DNA of 64,000 nucleotides from an uncultured Gemmatimonadales bacterium (GCA_963716255.1 OY970303.1:4288001-4352000); one strand, 5' to 3'. Positions 20,491 through 30,885 are shown, counted from the stretch's first letter. Program-made: numbers and translations. The notes: generated by a model not told the origin, from the sequence alone.

Positions 20491-21291
20491 TCAGCGCATC
20501 CGCTTCATCACCGTCTTCGCTGCGCGCACCACCAGCGAGCGCGGGAACATCCGCCCGGCGATGGTCCCAAGCCGGTTGAGCGCGCCGGGCACGACGGTGT
20601 GCTCCCCTGCGTCCAGCGCGCGCAGCGTGGCGGCCGCGACCTCCTCCGCGCTCATGATTCCCGGCGTGCGTCCGCTCACCTGGGTCCCCGCCACCTCCTG
20701 GAAGCCCGTGGCGACGGGGCCGGGGCAGAGCGCCAGCACCCGCACGCCGCTGCCGCGGCACTCCTCCGCCACCGCCTGCGTCAGCGACAGCACGAACGCC
20801 TTGCTTGCCGCGTACACGGCAAGGTCGGGGATGGGCTGGAACGCGGCGACCGACGCCACGTTCACGATCCCCCCGGAGCGCCGCGCCCGCATGGCCGGAA
20901 GCGCCAGGTGCGTAAGCTCCATCAGCGCCGTGCAGTTGAGGCGCACCATCTCCGCCTGCCGCTCCAGGGAAAGCTGGTCGAAACGCCCACTGAGCCCGAA
21001 GCCGGCGTTGTTCGCCAGCAGGTGGATCTCCCGCCCGTCCGTGGCTTCGATCCAGAGCACCCCCGCCGCCCCCGGCTTCCCCAGGTCCGCCGGCAGCGCC
21101 TCCGCATCCACCCCGTATGCACGCCGCAGCTCCCCCGCCAGCACGTGCAGCCGGTCCTCCCTGCGCGCGGCCAGCAGCACGTTCATCCCCCGCGCCGCGA
21201 GCGCGCGCGCGAGCGCCTCCCCGATCCCCGAGGACGCTCCCGTCACCAGCGCCCACCTGCCCGCGCAATCCCACGCGTCGCCGTCCGCCAT
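20491..21291 (-). CDS. SDR family oxidoreductase
   Basis: TGASSGIG; NNAG; YAASK. Confidence 0.93.
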   Translation of the reverse strand: MADGDAWDCAGRWALVTGASSGIGEALARALAARGMNVLLAARREDRLHVLAGELRRAYGVDAEALPADLGKPGAAGVLWIEATDGREIHLLANNAGFGLSGRFDQLSLERQAEMVRLNCTALMELTHLALPAMRARRSGGIVNVASVAAFQPIPDLAVYAASKAFVLSLTQAVAEECRGSGVRVLALCPGPVATGFQEVAGTQVSGRTPGIMSAEEVAAATLRALDAGEHTVVPGALNRLGTIAGRMFPRSLVVRAAKTVMKRMR

Positions 21292-21387
21292 TGCCCCTCT
21301 CCGTTTCCGTGGTCCGCCGAAGCGCTCCCCGCGTGTCCGCGCATTCTGTGCCCGTGCCCACGCGACAGCAATACGCCGGTCCGGCAG

Positions 21388-21444
21388 AATGGATAACGAT
21401 GCATTCGAGCGGTTGACAATCCGCGGTATGGATATAAATTCAAA
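21388..21444 (+). promoter_or_regulatory. arg operon promoter with two ARG boxes
   Basis: AATGGATAACGATGCATT (21388-21405) and TATGGATATAAATTCAAA (21427-21444) around TTGACA-16-TAAATT. Confidence 0.75.
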
Positions 21445-21447
21445 CGC

Positions 21448-22440
21448 ATGAATAACCGCGCCGTGGTCAGGGCGGGCGTACTCGGAGCCAACGGTTACAC
21501 CGGGCGCGAGGCCGTCCGCCTTCTTGCCCGCCACCCCAGGGTGGAGATCGTCTTCGCCACCTCGCAGAGCGAGGCCGGGCAGCCCCTGCGATCGCTGGAC
21601 CGCGCGGCGCCGGATCTCGCGCTGGTGAAGGCGGAGGACGCGGATCTCGCCGGGTGCGACGTGGTGCTCTCCTGCCTCCCGCACGGCGAATCGGCCCGGT
21701 GGGCGGAGCGGGCGCTGGCCGCGGGGGCCAGGGTGGTGGACCTGTCGGCGGACCTGCGCGTCCCCGGCGTGGACACGCCGGAGTGGGCGCGGGGGGCTGT
21801 CTACGGCCTCCCCGAGCTGCACCGGGAGCGCGTCGCCGGGGCCGGGCTGGTGGCGAACCCGGGGTGCTACCCCACGGCGGCGCTCCTGGCGCTGGCGCCG
21901 CTGCTGCGGGCGGGGCTGCTCGCCGGGCCGGTCATCGTCAACGCGGCCTCCGGGGTGACCGGGGCCGGGCGCTCGCCCAAGCGGGAGCTGCTCTTCGCCG
22001 AAGTGGCGGAGGACTTCCGGGCCTACGGGGTGGGGAACACGCACCGCCACCTCGCGGAGATGCGCGACCAGGCGGCCCGGCTGGCCGGCGGCGGCGCCCC
22101 GGAGCTGGTGTTCACGCCGCACCTGCTCCCCGTGCGCAGGGGGATCCTGGAGACGATCCAGGTGACGCTGCGCGAGCCGCTGGAGCGGCCGGAGGAGCTG
22201 TGGACCGCCGCCTACGCCGACGAGCCCTTCGTGGAGGTGACGCGCGGCCGGACCCCGTCGCTGGCGGACGTGGTGGGGAGCAACCGGGTGGCGGTGGGGG
22301 TGGCGGCGGTGGCCGGGGTCTCGACGCCCATGCTCACGGTGGTGGCGGCAATCGACAACCTGGTCAAGGGCGCCGCCGGGCAGGCGGTGCAGAACCTCAA
22401 CCTGATGTCCGGGCTGCCGGAAACGGAAGGGCTTCTGTGA
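21448..22440 (+). CDS. argC: N-acetyl-gamma-glutamyl-phosphate reductase
   Basis: GANGYTG; ANPGCYPT; DNLVKGAAGQA. Confidence 0.96.
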   Translation: MNNRAVVRAGVLGANGYTGREAVRLLARHPRVEIVFATSQSEAGQPLRSLDRAAPDLALVKAEDADLAGCDVVLSCLPHGESARWAERALAAGARVVDLSADLRVPGVDTPEWARGAVYGLPELHRERVAGAGLVANPGCYPTAALLALAPLLRAGLLAGPVIVNAASGVTGAGRSPKRELLFAEVAEDFRAYGVGNTHRHLAEMRDQAARLAGGGAPELVFTPHLLPVRRGILETIQVTLREPLERPEELWTAAYADEPFVEVTRGRTPSLADVVGSNRVAVGVAAVAGVSTPMLTVVAAIDNLVKGAAGQAVQNLNLMSGLPETEGLL

Positions 22441-23207
22441 GCCGCGGGATCACGGTGGTGAAGGTGGGCGGCAACGAGGTGGACGACGCCGCCTGGACCG
22501 CGCGCCTGGCACGGGCGCTGGCGCGGCGCGGGGGCTCCACGGTGGTGGTGCACGGCGGCGGCAAGGAGATCACCGCCCTGCAGCGCGCCCTGGGCGCCGA
22601 GCCCGAGTGGCGCGACGGGCTGCGGGTGACCACCGACGAGTCGGTGCGCGCCGTCGCCATGGTCCTTTCCGGGGTGGTGAACAAGCGCCTGGTGTCCGCG
22701 CTGCTCACGGCGGGGATCGACGCGGTGGGGATCTCGGGCGAGGACGGCGGGCTGCTGCGCGCCGCCCTGCTGCGCGGCGGGGCGCTGGGACGCACGGGCG
22801 AGGTGGCGGAGGTGCGGACGCGGCTGCTGGCGGCGTGGCTGGAGCAGGGGCTGGTGCCCGTGGTCTCGCCGGTGTCGCGCGGGCCGGACGGCGGGCCGCT
22901 GAACGTCAACGCGGACGACGCGGCGGCGGCGGTGGCGGCGGCGATGGGCGCGACGGAACTGCTCTTCGTCTCCAACGTCCCCGGGGTGCTGGACGGCGGG
23001 GCCGTGCTCCCGGAGCTGGCCGCCGGCGAGGTGGAGGCGCTGATCGAATCGGGGACCGCGTCGGGGGGGATGGCGCCCAAGCTGCGGGCGGCGGCGCGGG
23101 CCGCGGCGGCCGCGGGGCGGGTGCGGATCGGCGGGCTGGAGATGCTGGAAGACCACGGGGCGGGGACGCGGGTGCTGCGCGCGCCGGTCCACGCCGGGAC
23201 CGCTTGA
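22437..23207 (+). CDS. argB: Acetylglutamate kinase
   Basis: VVKVGG; VHGGG; NVNAD; GGMAPK. Confidence 0.94.
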   Translation: MSRGITVVKVGGNEVDDAAWTARLARALARRGGSTVVVHGGGKEITALQRALGAEPEWRDGLRVTTDESVRAVAMVLSGVVNKRLVSALLTAGIDAVGISGEDGGLLRAALLRGGALGRTGEVAEVRTRLLAAWLEQGLVPVVSPVSRGPDGGPLNVNADDAAAAVAAAMGATELLFVSNVPGVLDGGAVLPELAAGEVEALIESGTASGGMAPKLRAAARAAAAAGRVRIGGLEMLEDHGAGTRVLRAPVHAGTA

Positions 23208-23218
23208 GGCGAACCATC

Positions 23219-24400
23219 ATGGCGACGGAAACCATCACGTCCGGCGGCGCCCTCCTGGGCGTCTACCGCCCCGCGGGCCCGGTGTTCGTGGGCGGCGAGG
23301 GGTCGCACCTCATCGCCGAGGACGGCGCGCGCTACCTGGACTTCACCAGCGGGATCGCGGTGAACGCCCTGGGCTACGGCGACCCGGACGTGGCCGCCGC
23401 CATCCGCGCGGCGCTGGACGCGGGGGTGATCCACGCCTCCAACCTGTTCCGCACCCGGCCGGCGCAGGAGCTGGCCGAGTGGCTCACGGCGCACTCGTTC
23501 GCGGACCGCGTCTTCTTCTGCAACTCCGGCGCGGAGGCCAACGAGGGGGCGATCAAGTTCGCCCGGCGCTGGGCGCGCGAGCAGGGCGACGAGCGCCGGC
23601 ACGAGATCGTCGCCTTCCGCGGCGGCTTCCACGGGCGCACCATGGGGGCGCTGGCCGCCACCGACCGCCCGGCGTACCAGGAGCCCTTCCGCCCGCTGAT
23701 GCCGGGGGTGCACTTCTGCGAGGTGGGCGACATCCGGGGCTTCGCCGAGCGGCTGCGCACCGGCCGCGTCGCCGCGGTGATCGTGGAGCCCATCCAGGCG
23801 GAGGGCGGCGTGCTCCCGGTGCCCGCGTCGTTCCTGCGCGCGCTGCGCGTTCTCTGCGACGAGGCCGGGGCCCTCCTCGTCTTCGACGAGGTGCAGGTGG
23901 GGCTGGGCCGCACCGGCTGGCTCTGGGCCCACGAGGCCGCCGGGGTGACGCCGGACGTGCTCACGCTGGCCAAGCCGCTGGCGGGCGGGCTCCCCATGGG
24001 CGCCGTGCTGCTCACCGAGCGCGTGGCCGAGGCGCTGCGCCCCGGCGACCACGGCAGCACCTTCGGCGGCGGGCCGCTGGTGGCGAGCGCCGCGCTGGCC
24101 GCCTGCCGCAAGATCGGCGACCCGGACTTCCTGGCCGAGGTGCGCCGCAGGGGCGGGCTGCTGTCCGACCTGCTGGGGGCCATGGCGCTGCGCCGGCCCG
24201 AGGTGGTGGCGGTGCGGGGGGCGGGGATGATCTGGGGGGTGGAGCTGGCGAAGCCGGCCGGGGAGGTGGTGGCCCGCGCGATGGACGCGGGGCTGCTGCT
24301 CTGCTCGGCGGGGCCGGACGTGGTGCGCATCGTCCCGCCGCTGGTGGCGACGGACGAGGAGCTTGCCAGGGGGATCGCGACGCTGGAGGAGGCGCTCTGA
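23219..24400 (+). CDS. argD: Acetylornithine aminotransferase
   Basis: [31 protein letters not shown]. Confidence 0.93.
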   Translation: MATETITSGGALLGVYRPAGPVFVGGEGSHLIAEDGARYLDFTSGIAVNALGYGDPDVAAAIRAALDAGVIHASNLFRTRPAQELAEWLTAHSFADRVFFCNSGAEANEGAIKFARRWAREQGDERRHEIVAFRGGFHGRTMGALAATDRPAYQEPFRPLMPGVHFCEVGDIRGFAERLRTGRVAAVIVEPIQAEGGVLPVPASFLRALRVLCDEAGALLVFDEVQVGLGRTGWLWAHEAAGVTPDVLTLAKPLAGGLPMGAVLLTERVAEALRPGDHGSTFGGGPLVASAALAACRKIGDPDFLAEVRRRGGLLSDLLGAMALRRPEVVAVRGAGMIWGVELAKPAGEVVARAMDAGLLLCSAGPDVVRIVPPLVATDEELARGIATLEEAL

Positions 24401-24945
24401 TGCTGATGGACAACAACGTGGAGCCCCCGTCCACCTGGACGGGAGGGCCTTTCGTCGCCGCGACGGAGGCGCTGGAGCGCCCCCGGGTGACGGTCCGCCC
24501 CGCGCGGGTGGCCGACATGAAGCAGGTGGAGCCGCTGATCAACGGCTTCGCGGCCCGGGAGCTGATGCTCGCGAAGACCATCGAGCAGCTTTCCCGCAAC
24601 TTCCGCGAGTTCGTGGTGGCGGAGACGGCGGACGGCCGCATCCTGGGGTGCGCCGCGCTGCGGGTGTACACGCCGCAGCTGGCGGAGCTGGGCTCGCTCG
24701 CCGTGCACTCCGACGCCCACGGGCTGGGCGTGGGGCGCAGGCTGGTGGAGCAGATCGAGGAGGAGGCGCGGACGCTGGGGATCGGGACGGTGTTCGCCCT
24801 GACGCTCCAGGACGTGTTCTTCCACAAGCTCGGCTACCGGACGGTGCAGAAGGAGATGTTCCCGCTCAAGGTGTGGGCGGACTGCCGGCAGTGCCCCAAG
24901 ATCAACGCCTGCGACGAGATCGCAGTCGTCAAGGAAGTCCTCTAG
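24400..24945 (+). CDS. Short GNAT N-acetylglutamate synthase (ArgA-like)
   Basis: GNAT fold; AELGSLAV; C-terminal [11 protein letters not shown]...CDE; position in the arg operon. Confidence 0.8.
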   Translation: MLMDNNVEPPSTWTGGPFVAATEALERPRVTVRPARVADMKQVEPLINGFAARELMLAKTIEQLSRNFREFVVAETADGRILGCAALRVYTPQLAELGSLAVHSDAHGLGVGRRLVEQIEEEARTLGIGTVFALTLQDVFFHKLGYRTVQKEMFPLKVWADCRQCPKINACDEIAVVKEVL

Positions 24946-24962
24946 AGCCAGGAGACACTCGG

Positions 24963-26225
24963 ATGCCCAAGGAAACCATCGTCCTCGCCTACTCGGGCGG
25001 ACTCGACACCTCGATCATCGTCCCCTGGCTCAAGGAGAACTACGGCGCCGACGTGGTGTGCGTTGCCGCCGACGTGGGGCAGGGCGAGGAGCTGGACGGC
25101 CTGGTGGCGAAGGCCCTCGCCTCCGGCGCGAAGGAGTGCTACGTGGAGGACCTGCGCGAGGAGTTCCTGACGGAGTACGTGTGGCCCACGCTGCGCTCCG
25201 GCGCGGTGTACGGGCGCAAGTACCTGCTGGGCACCTCCATGGCGCGCCCCATCATCGCGCGCCGGCAGGTGGAGGTGGCCAAGCAGGTGGGCGCCGCGTC
25301 GCTGGCGCACGGCTGCACTGGCAAGGGCAACGACCAGGTCCGCTTCGAGCTGACCTACGCCTCGCTGGCTCCGGAGATGAAGGTCGTCGCCCCCTGGCGC
25401 GAGTGGGACATCCGCTCCCGCGAGGACGCGCTGGACTACGCGGCCGTGCACGGGGTGCCGGTGACGGCCACCCGCGAAAAGATCTACTCGCGCGACCGCA
25501 ACATCTGGCACGTCTCGCACGAGGGCGGCCCGCTGGAGGACCCGGACTTCGAGCCGCAGGAGGACATGTTCCTCCTTACCCGCTCGCCGGAAGACGCCCC
25601 CAATCGGGCCGAGTACGTCACCATCGGCTTCGAGCGCGGCTACCCGGTGTCGGTGGACGGCGAGGCGCTGGGAGCCGTCGCTCTCCTCGAGCGGCTGAAC
25701 GCGATCGGCGGGCTGCACGGCATCGGCCGCATCGACCTGGTGGAGGACCGGCTGGTGGGGATGAAGTCGCGCGGGATCTACGAGACCCCCGGCGGCACCC
25801 TGCTGTACGCCGCGCACTCGGAGCTGGAGCAGCTGGTGCTGGACCGCCGCACGCTGGCGCTCAAGGACGCCATCGCCCCGCGCTACGCGGACCTGGTGTA
25901 CGAGGGGCGCTGGTGGACCACGGAGCGCGCCGCCATGGACGCGCTGGTGGACGTGACGCAGGAGCACGTCACCGGCGAGGTGAAGTTCAAGCTGTACAAG
26001 GGCAACTACTCGGTGGCCGGCCGCAGGGCGGCGAGCTCGCTGTACGACGAGCGCTTCGTCACCTTCGGCGAGGACGACGTCTACGACCAGGCGGACGCCG
26101 CGGGCTTCATCCGCCTGTACGGCCTGCCCATGCGCGTCGCGGCGCTCAAGGCGCGCGAAGCCTCGGCGCCGGCCGGCCGCGCGGCGGAGTACGGGCGCGT
26201 CCTCACCGACGTAGCCGCGGACTGA
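24963..26225 (+). CDS. argG: Argininosuccinate synthase
   Basis: [22 protein letters not shown]. Confidence 0.97.
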   Translation: MPKETIVLAYSGGLDTSIIVPWLKENYGADVVCVAADVGQGEELDGLVAKALASGAKECYVEDLREEFLTEYVWPTLRSGAVYGRKYLLGTSMARPIIARRQVEVAKQVGAASLAHGCTGKGNDQVRFELTYASLAPEMKVVAPWREWDIRSREDALDYAAVHGVPVTATREKIYSRDRNIWHVSHEGGPLEDPDFEPQEDMFLLTRSPEDAPNRAEYVTIGFERGYPVSVDGEALGAVALLERLNAIGGLHGIGRIDLVEDRLVGMKSRGIYETPGGTLLYAAHSELEQLVLDRRTLALKDAIAPRYADLVYEGRWWTTERAAMDALVDVTQEHVTGEVKFKLYKGNYSVAGRRAASSLYDERFVTFGEDDVYDQADAAGFIRLYGLPMRVAALKAREASAPAGRAAEYGRVLTDVAAD

Positions 26226-26324
26226 TCGCGGGTGCGGGGGACGGAGCACGTGGCGGCGCCGTCCACGTGCTCCGTGCCTCGCCGTCCGTACCGTTTCGAA
26301 CCCATCTGACCGAGGGCATGCCCG

Positions 26325-27728
26325 ATGGCCGCCAACGCATCCGCCGCTCCCGTCGCCCGCCTGTGGGGCGGGCGCTTCGCCTCCGGGCCGTCGCCCGAGA
26401 TGGACCGGCTGAACCGCTCGCTCCCCGTGGACTTCCGCCTGTGGCGCGAGGACGTCGCGGGGAGCCAGGCGTGGGCGGTTGCCATCTGCACCGCGGGGGT
26501 GATCTCCCTGGCCGAGAGCACGCAGCTGCGTGCCGGGCTGGACCGCGTGGCCGCGCGGCTGGAGGCGTGGGGCCCCGCCGAGTGGGCCGCCGCGCCGGAC
26601 GAGGACATCCACTCGCTGGTGGAGCGCCTGCTGTACGAGGAGGCGGGCCCGGTCGCGGGGAAGCTGCACACCGGGCGCTCGCGCAACGACCAGGTGGCCA
26701 CGGACTCGCGCCTGTGGGCGTGCGGGGCGGCGTCGCGCCTGGACGCGGCGCTCCGCGACCTGCAGCGCGCGCTGCTGGAGCAGGCGGAGCGCCACCTGGA
26801 GACCGTGATGCCGTCGTACACGCACATGCAGCGGGCGCAGCCGGTGTCGGCGGCGCACTGGCTGCTGTCGCACGCCTGGCCGCTGGCGCGCGACCGGGAG
26901 CGGCTGGCCCAGGCCCGGGAGCGCACGGCGGTTCTCCCCCTGGGCTCCGGGGCCATCGCGGGGTGCCCGTTCCCGGTGGACAGGGTGATCCTCAAGGAGA
27001 CGCTGGGCTTCCACGCCCTGTCCCAGAACAGCATCGACGCCACCGCGGACCGCGACTGGGTGGCCGACCTGCTGTACGTGGCGGCCATGGTGGGGGTGCA
27101 CCTGTCCCGCCTGGGCGAGGACCTGGTGCTCTTCGCCTCCTCGGAGTGGGCCTTCGTGCGCCACTCGGACCGCTTCTCCACCGGCTCGTCGCTGATGCCG
27201 CAGAAGCGCAACCCGGACGCGATGGAGCTGTCGCGCGGCAAGGCGGGGCGCCTGGTGGGGGCGCTCACCGGCTTCCTGGCGGTGCTCAAGGGCCTCCCCT
27301 CCGGCTACAACAAGGACATCCAGGAGGACAAGGAGGCGCTGTTCGGGGCCTTCGACACGCTGGAGGCGCTGATCCCCGCGGTCGCCGGCACCGTGCGGGA
27401 GATGGAGATCGACACCGCACGCTGCGCCGCCGCCGTGGACGCGGGAATGCTCGCCACCGAGCTGGCCGACTACCTGGTGCGCGAGGGCGTCCCCTTCCGC
27501 GAGGCCCACGAGAAGGTGGGCCGGCTGGTCCGCCGCGCGGAGGCCGCGGGCTGCGGCGTGGACGAGCTGCCGCAGGCCGCCTTCACCGAGGTGTCCGCGG
27601 AGTTCGCCGGCGCGGACCTGGGGCTGCTGTTCGCGCCGGGGGCCGCGGTGAGCCGGCGCCGCGGCGTGGGCGGGACGGCGCCGGACGCCGTGCGCGAGCA
27701 GATCGTGCGGCTGCGCTCGGGGCTCTGA
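26325..27728 (+). CDS. argH: Argininosuccinate lyase
   Basis: LWGGRF; HTGRSRNDQ; GSSLMPQKRNPD. Confidence 0.97.
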   Translation: MAANASAAPVARLWGGRFASGPSPEMDRLNRSLPVDFRLWREDVAGSQAWAVAICTAGVISLAESTQLRAGLDRVAARLEAWGPAEWAAAPDEDIHSLVERLLYEEAGPVAGKLHTGRSRNDQVATDSRLWACGAASRLDAALRDLQRALLEQAERHLETVMPSYTHMQRAQPVSAAHWLLSHAWPLARDRERLAQARERTAVLPLGSGAIAGCPFPVDRVILKETLGFHALSQNSIDATADRDWVADLLYVAAMVGVHLSRLGEDLVLFASSEWAFVRHSDRFSTGSSLMPQKRNPDAMELSRGKAGRLVGALTGFLAVLKGLPSGYNKDIQEDKEALFGAFDTLEALIPAVAGTVREMEIDTARCAAAVDAGMLATELADYLVREGVPFREAHEKVGRLVRRAEAAGCGVDELPQAAFTEVSAEFAGADLGLLFAPGAAVSRRRGVGGTAPDAVREQIVRLRSGL

Positions 27729-27753
27729 CTCCTCGCGCGGGGCAGGGAGGTAC

Positions 27754-27787
27754 GGAGGGCGGGAGCACGCGAGTGCTCCCGCCCTCC
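27754..27787. terminator. Strong hairpin after argH
   Basis: GGAGGGCGGGAGCAC-GCGA-GTGCTCCCGCCCTCC; no clear U-tract. Confidence 0.5.
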
Positions 27788-27897
27788 GCCGCTCCGGCGT
27801 TCCCCGGGCTCCTTGCCGCGGGCACTGCACGGAGCCTATTCGTGGGGCGCGGCGCGAAGACGAGCGGCGCCGGCCACATTCTTCGTGCGGAGCGCGA

Positions 27898-28410
27898 TTG
27901 ACCGTCCTGGAAACCGAGCGCTTGTCGCTTCGCCACCTCGCGGAGGACGACGCCGCATTCATCCTGGAGCTGACCAACGACCCGGACTGGCTGCGCCACA
28001 TCGGCGACCGGGGGATCCGCACCCTGGACGATGCCCGCGCCTACGTCCGCGACGGCCCGGCCACCAGCTACGCCCGGCACGGCTTCGGGCTGTACCTGGT
28101 GGAGCTCAGGGACGGCGCCGTGCCCGCCGGCATCTGCGGACTGCTCCGCCGGGACTGGCTGGAGGACGCGGACCTGGGCTTTGCCTTCCTGCCGCGGTTC
28201 CGGGGGATGGGGCTCGCCCTCGAAGCCGCGCGCGGGACGCTGGAGCACGGGCGGGAGGCGCTGGGACTGCGGCGGATCGCGGCGATCGTCTCCCCGGAGA
28301 ACGCCGACTCCATCCGCCTGCTGGAAAAGCTGGGGATGCGCTTCGAGCGCATGGCCCTGCCGCCGGGCGGCGACCGGGAGGTCTGCGTGTACGCGACGGG
28401 GCCGGCGTAG
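27898..28410 (+). CDS. GNAT acetyltransferase, RimJ/RimL family
   Basis: LETERL; DLGFAFLP; SIRLLEKLG. Confidence 0.9.
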   Translation: MTVLETERLSLRHLAEDDAAFILELTNDPDWLRHIGDRGIRTLDDARAYVRDGPATSYARHGFGLYLVELRDGAVPAGICGLLRRDWLEDADLGFAFLPRFRGMGLALEAARGTLEHGREALGLRRIAAIVSPENADSIRLLEKLGMRFERMALPPGGDREVCVYATGPA

Positions 28411-28648
28411 AACACCTCGCGACCGCGGGCGTGGCGCGCTCCGGGGGGCTCCGGTGTTTGGGGTCGGCCGGGGGAGGCTCCTCCGGCGGTGCGACACCCG
28501 AAGGGACTCGCAGAGCACTCGCCCGCCGGTGGAGCAGGTCCGCAGGATCACGCGGGCTTCGAACAAACGCACCGCCTGCGGACCCTCCCCCGACCTCCCG
28601 GCGCAGATCGCAAAGGACACGGCAACGGCGACGACGACCCCGGACCGA

Positions 28649-28684
28649 CAGGAAGCCCTCCCCCAGAATTGGGGGAGGGTGGCG
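28649..28684. repeat. Family E palindrome CCCTCCCCCA-GAAT-TGGGGGAGGG
   Basis: 36 bp identical to 59832-59867; both lie next to a family A copy. Confidence 0.8.
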
Positions 28685-28734
28685 AGCCTCAAGCGAGCCG
28701 GGTGGGCGACCCTGCCGACGCCAGCGCGAGCCCC

Positions 28735-28867
28735 GCGTGAGGGATTTCGGCCCGAAGGGGCGAGACCCGGCGGGGCTGTTTCCGCCGGGGCTCGACTCCG
28801 TTGAGCAGCGTCGTTTGCTGCTCTACGGAGCCGAAGCCCGACCCCGGCGCCAGCCGGGGACACGCCC
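28735..28867 (-). repeat. Family A structured element, full copy
   Basis: Aligns end to end with 8833-8961. Confidence 0.9.
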
Positions 28868-28934
28868 GAGCCCAGTCCCTTCCCGCTGGAACCTGTCTCC
28901 TTTCATCCGATTCCAAAGGCTCACGGGGTGCCAC

Positions 28935-28963
28935 TTGCGAAGCGATGGCAACCCCGCTATACT
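28935..28963 (+). promoter_or_regulatory. sigma70 promoter of the metK leader
   Basis: TTGCGA-17 nt-TATACT. Confidence 0.7.
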
Positions 28964-28983
28964 CACCGCGTGCGACAGCGCAC

Positions 28984-29027
28984 CGCGGCGATTTCTTGCG
29001 ATTGCTCCGCGTTACAAATGTGCTAAA
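28984..29027 (+). ncRNA. SAM-II riboswitch aptamer
   Basis: P1 CGCGG/CCGCG; loop GAUUU..UUGC; 3' AAAUGUGCUAAA; upstream of metK. Confidence 0.75.
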
Positions 29028-29035
29028 CCGCCGCG

Positions 29036-29069
29036 GGGTCCCGCGCGGAAGCGCAGCGGGACCCTTTTT
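29036..29069 (+). terminator. Intrinsic terminator, expression platform of the SAM-II aptamer
   Basis: GGGTCCCGC...GCGGGACCC followed by TTTTT. Confidence 0.8.
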
Positions 29070-29105
29070 GACATCCATAGTCATCCGGCCCGGCGACACG
29101 CGGGC

Positions 29106-29168
29106 GGAGCGAGTGCTTTGACCGACAGCTTGGCGGGCTCGCTCCCGAAACGGAAACCCGCCTAAAGC
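29106..29168 (+). ncRNA. SAM-V-like pseudoknot (second aptamer candidate)
   Basis: P1 GGAGCGAGU/GCUCGCUCC; loop GCUUUGA..UUG-GCGG can pair with downstream CCGC-CUAAAGC. Confidence 0.55.
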
Positions 29169-29174
29169 GTCGTC

Positions 29175-29212
29175 AGGGCCCGCCGTCCTCGCGATGGCGG
29201 GCCCTCGTCTTT
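29175..29212 (+). terminator. Second hairpin in the metK leader, with a weak U-tract
   Basis: AGGGCCCGCCGTC / GATGGCGGGCCCT followed by CGTCTTT. Confidence 0.55.
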
Positions 29213-29256
29213 GCCACGACGCTCCACCCCGCACCGCACCACGCTTCAGGAGAGCC

Positions 29257-30399
29257 ATGAGCACCGTCCTCGACTCCGCCGACGCCCCCGCGGCCGTCAC
29301 CTATACCTTCACCTCCGAGTCCGTGTCGGAGGGACACCCGGACAAGGTCTGCGACTTCATCGCCGACTCCATCCTGGACGCCCACCTGGAGCAGGACCCC
29401 AGGAGCCGCGTCGCGTGCGAGGTGCTCTGCAAGGAGGACACGGTGGTGCTGGCGGGCGAGATCACCTCGGGCGCGAAGGTGGACTTCGAGGCCGTCGTGC
29501 GCGCGGCGATCCGCGAGATCGGCTACACGGACGCGGACCAGCCCTTCCGCGCCGACGACGTGAAGATCCTTTCGTTCCTGTCGGCGCAGGCGGCCGAGAT
29601 CGACCAGGGCGTCACCGCCACCACTTCGCTGGTGGGCGAGCAGGGCGCGGGCGACCAGGGGATCATGTTCGGCTACGCCACGGACGAGACGCCGGAGCTG
29701 ATGCCGCTCCCCATCCTCCTGTCGCACCGCCTGGCGCGCGTGCTGGCGCGGCACCGCAAGGAGGGCACGGTGGACTGGCTCCGCCCGGACGCGAAGACGC
29801 AGGTGTCGGTGCAGTACGAGGGCAACCGGCCGGTCGCCGTGACCGACGTGCTCATCTCCACGCAGCACACCGCCGCGGCGGAGCGCGACGTCATCCGCCA
29901 CTTCCTGGCGACCACGGTGATCCCCCAGGCGCTGGACGGCTGGTACCACGACGACCTGCGCGTGCTGGTGAACCCCACCGGGAGCTTCGTGCAGGGCGGG
30001 CCGTCCGCGGACGCGGGCGTGACCGGGCGCAAGATCATCGTGGACACCTACGGCGGCGCGGGGCGGCACGGCGGCGGCGCCTTCTCCGGCAAGGACCCCA
30101 GCAAGGTGGACCGCAGCGGCGCCTACTACTGCCGCTACGTTGCGCGGCAGGTGGTCAAGGCCGGGCTGGCGAAGAAGGCCGAGGTGCAGGTGGCGTACGC
30201 CATCGGCGTGGCGCAGCCGGTCTCGGTGAAGGTGGACACCTTCGGCACGGGCGACGAGCGCAGGGCGGCGGACTTCGTGCGCGGCTTCGACTTCCGTCCC
30301 GCGGCGATCATCGAGCAGCTGGACCTGCTGCGGCCGTTCTACCGCCAGACCACCAACTACGGCCACTTCGGCAAGGCGGAGCTGCCCTGGGAGGCGTGA
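29257..30399 (+). CDS. metK: S-adenosylmethionine synthetase
   Basis: FTSESVSEGHPDK; GAGDQG; GGGAFSGKD. Confidence 0.98.
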   Translation: MSTVLDSADAPAAVTYTFTSESVSEGHPDKVCDFIADSILDAHLEQDPRSRVACEVLCKEDTVVLAGEITSGAKVDFEAVVRAAIREIGYTDADQPFRADDVKILSFLSAQAAEIDQGVTATTSLVGEQGAGDQGIMFGYATDETPELMPLPILLSHRLARVLARHRKEGTVDWLRPDAKTQVSVQYEGNRPVAVTDVLISTQHTAAAERDVIRHFLATTVIPQALDGWYHDDLRVLVNPTGSFVQGGPSADAGVTGRKIIVDTYGGAGRHGGGAFSGKDPSKVDRSGAYYCRYVARQVVKAGLAKKAEVQVAYAIGVAQPVSVKVDTFGTGDERRAADFVRGFDFRPAAIIEQLDLLRPFYRQTTNYGHFGKAELPWEA

Positions 30400-30647
30400 G
30401 CCGAGGACGAAGTGCGGGAGTGAACGGCGCTCCCGCGTCTGCGGTCGAGAAAGACGAAGGGGCGTCGCGCGAGGCATCGCGCGGCGCCCCTTCGCCGTTC
30501 CGGCGGGCGTCTGCGGACCGGATGGCCGCGGCGGGGCACAGCACGGTCCGCCGGCGTCCGCTGATCCCGGCACGGAACGTGATTTGCGGCTCCCGGTGTG
30601 GCTCACCCCTCCGGTGACCGCGGAAACGAACACCAGCGAAGGACGCG

Positions 30648-30878
30648 ATGGACACCGAGAACCAGCGCCGCCGGGACGTGCAGTCCGTCTCTCCCGGGAC
30701 TCCGCAGATCAGCGAGGACGACAGCGACGAGGGGCCGCTGCACGCCATCATCTCCGAGGAGACCGAGCGCCTGGGCGCCCGCGGGCCGGAGCGCATCGAC
30801 CGCGGCGACCCGAGCGAGGTGCAGAAGGGCGAGGACGACGGCGCGCTGGGGCTGACGCGCACCGGCCAGGACGGGTAG
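30648..30878 (+). CDS. Small acidic hypothetical protein
   Basis: RBS AAGGA; 76 aa; directly upstream of the next gene. Confidence 0.6.
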   Translation: MDTENQRRRDVQSVSPGTPQISEDDSDEGPLHAIISEETERLGARGPERIDRGDPSEVQKGEDDGALGLTRTGQDG

Positions 30879-30885
30879 GGCCGCC

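Noticed and set aside
17477..21361. Very long alternative-frame ORFs (also 51853-54996 and 59757-63326)
   Set aside because: Arg/Gly/Pro-rich shadow frames overlapping well-supported genes
28870..29256. SAM-I riboswitch before metK
   Set aside because: AUC..GAG / GCAACC / GUGC core arrangement is not found; SAM-II and SAM-V-type motifs fit instead
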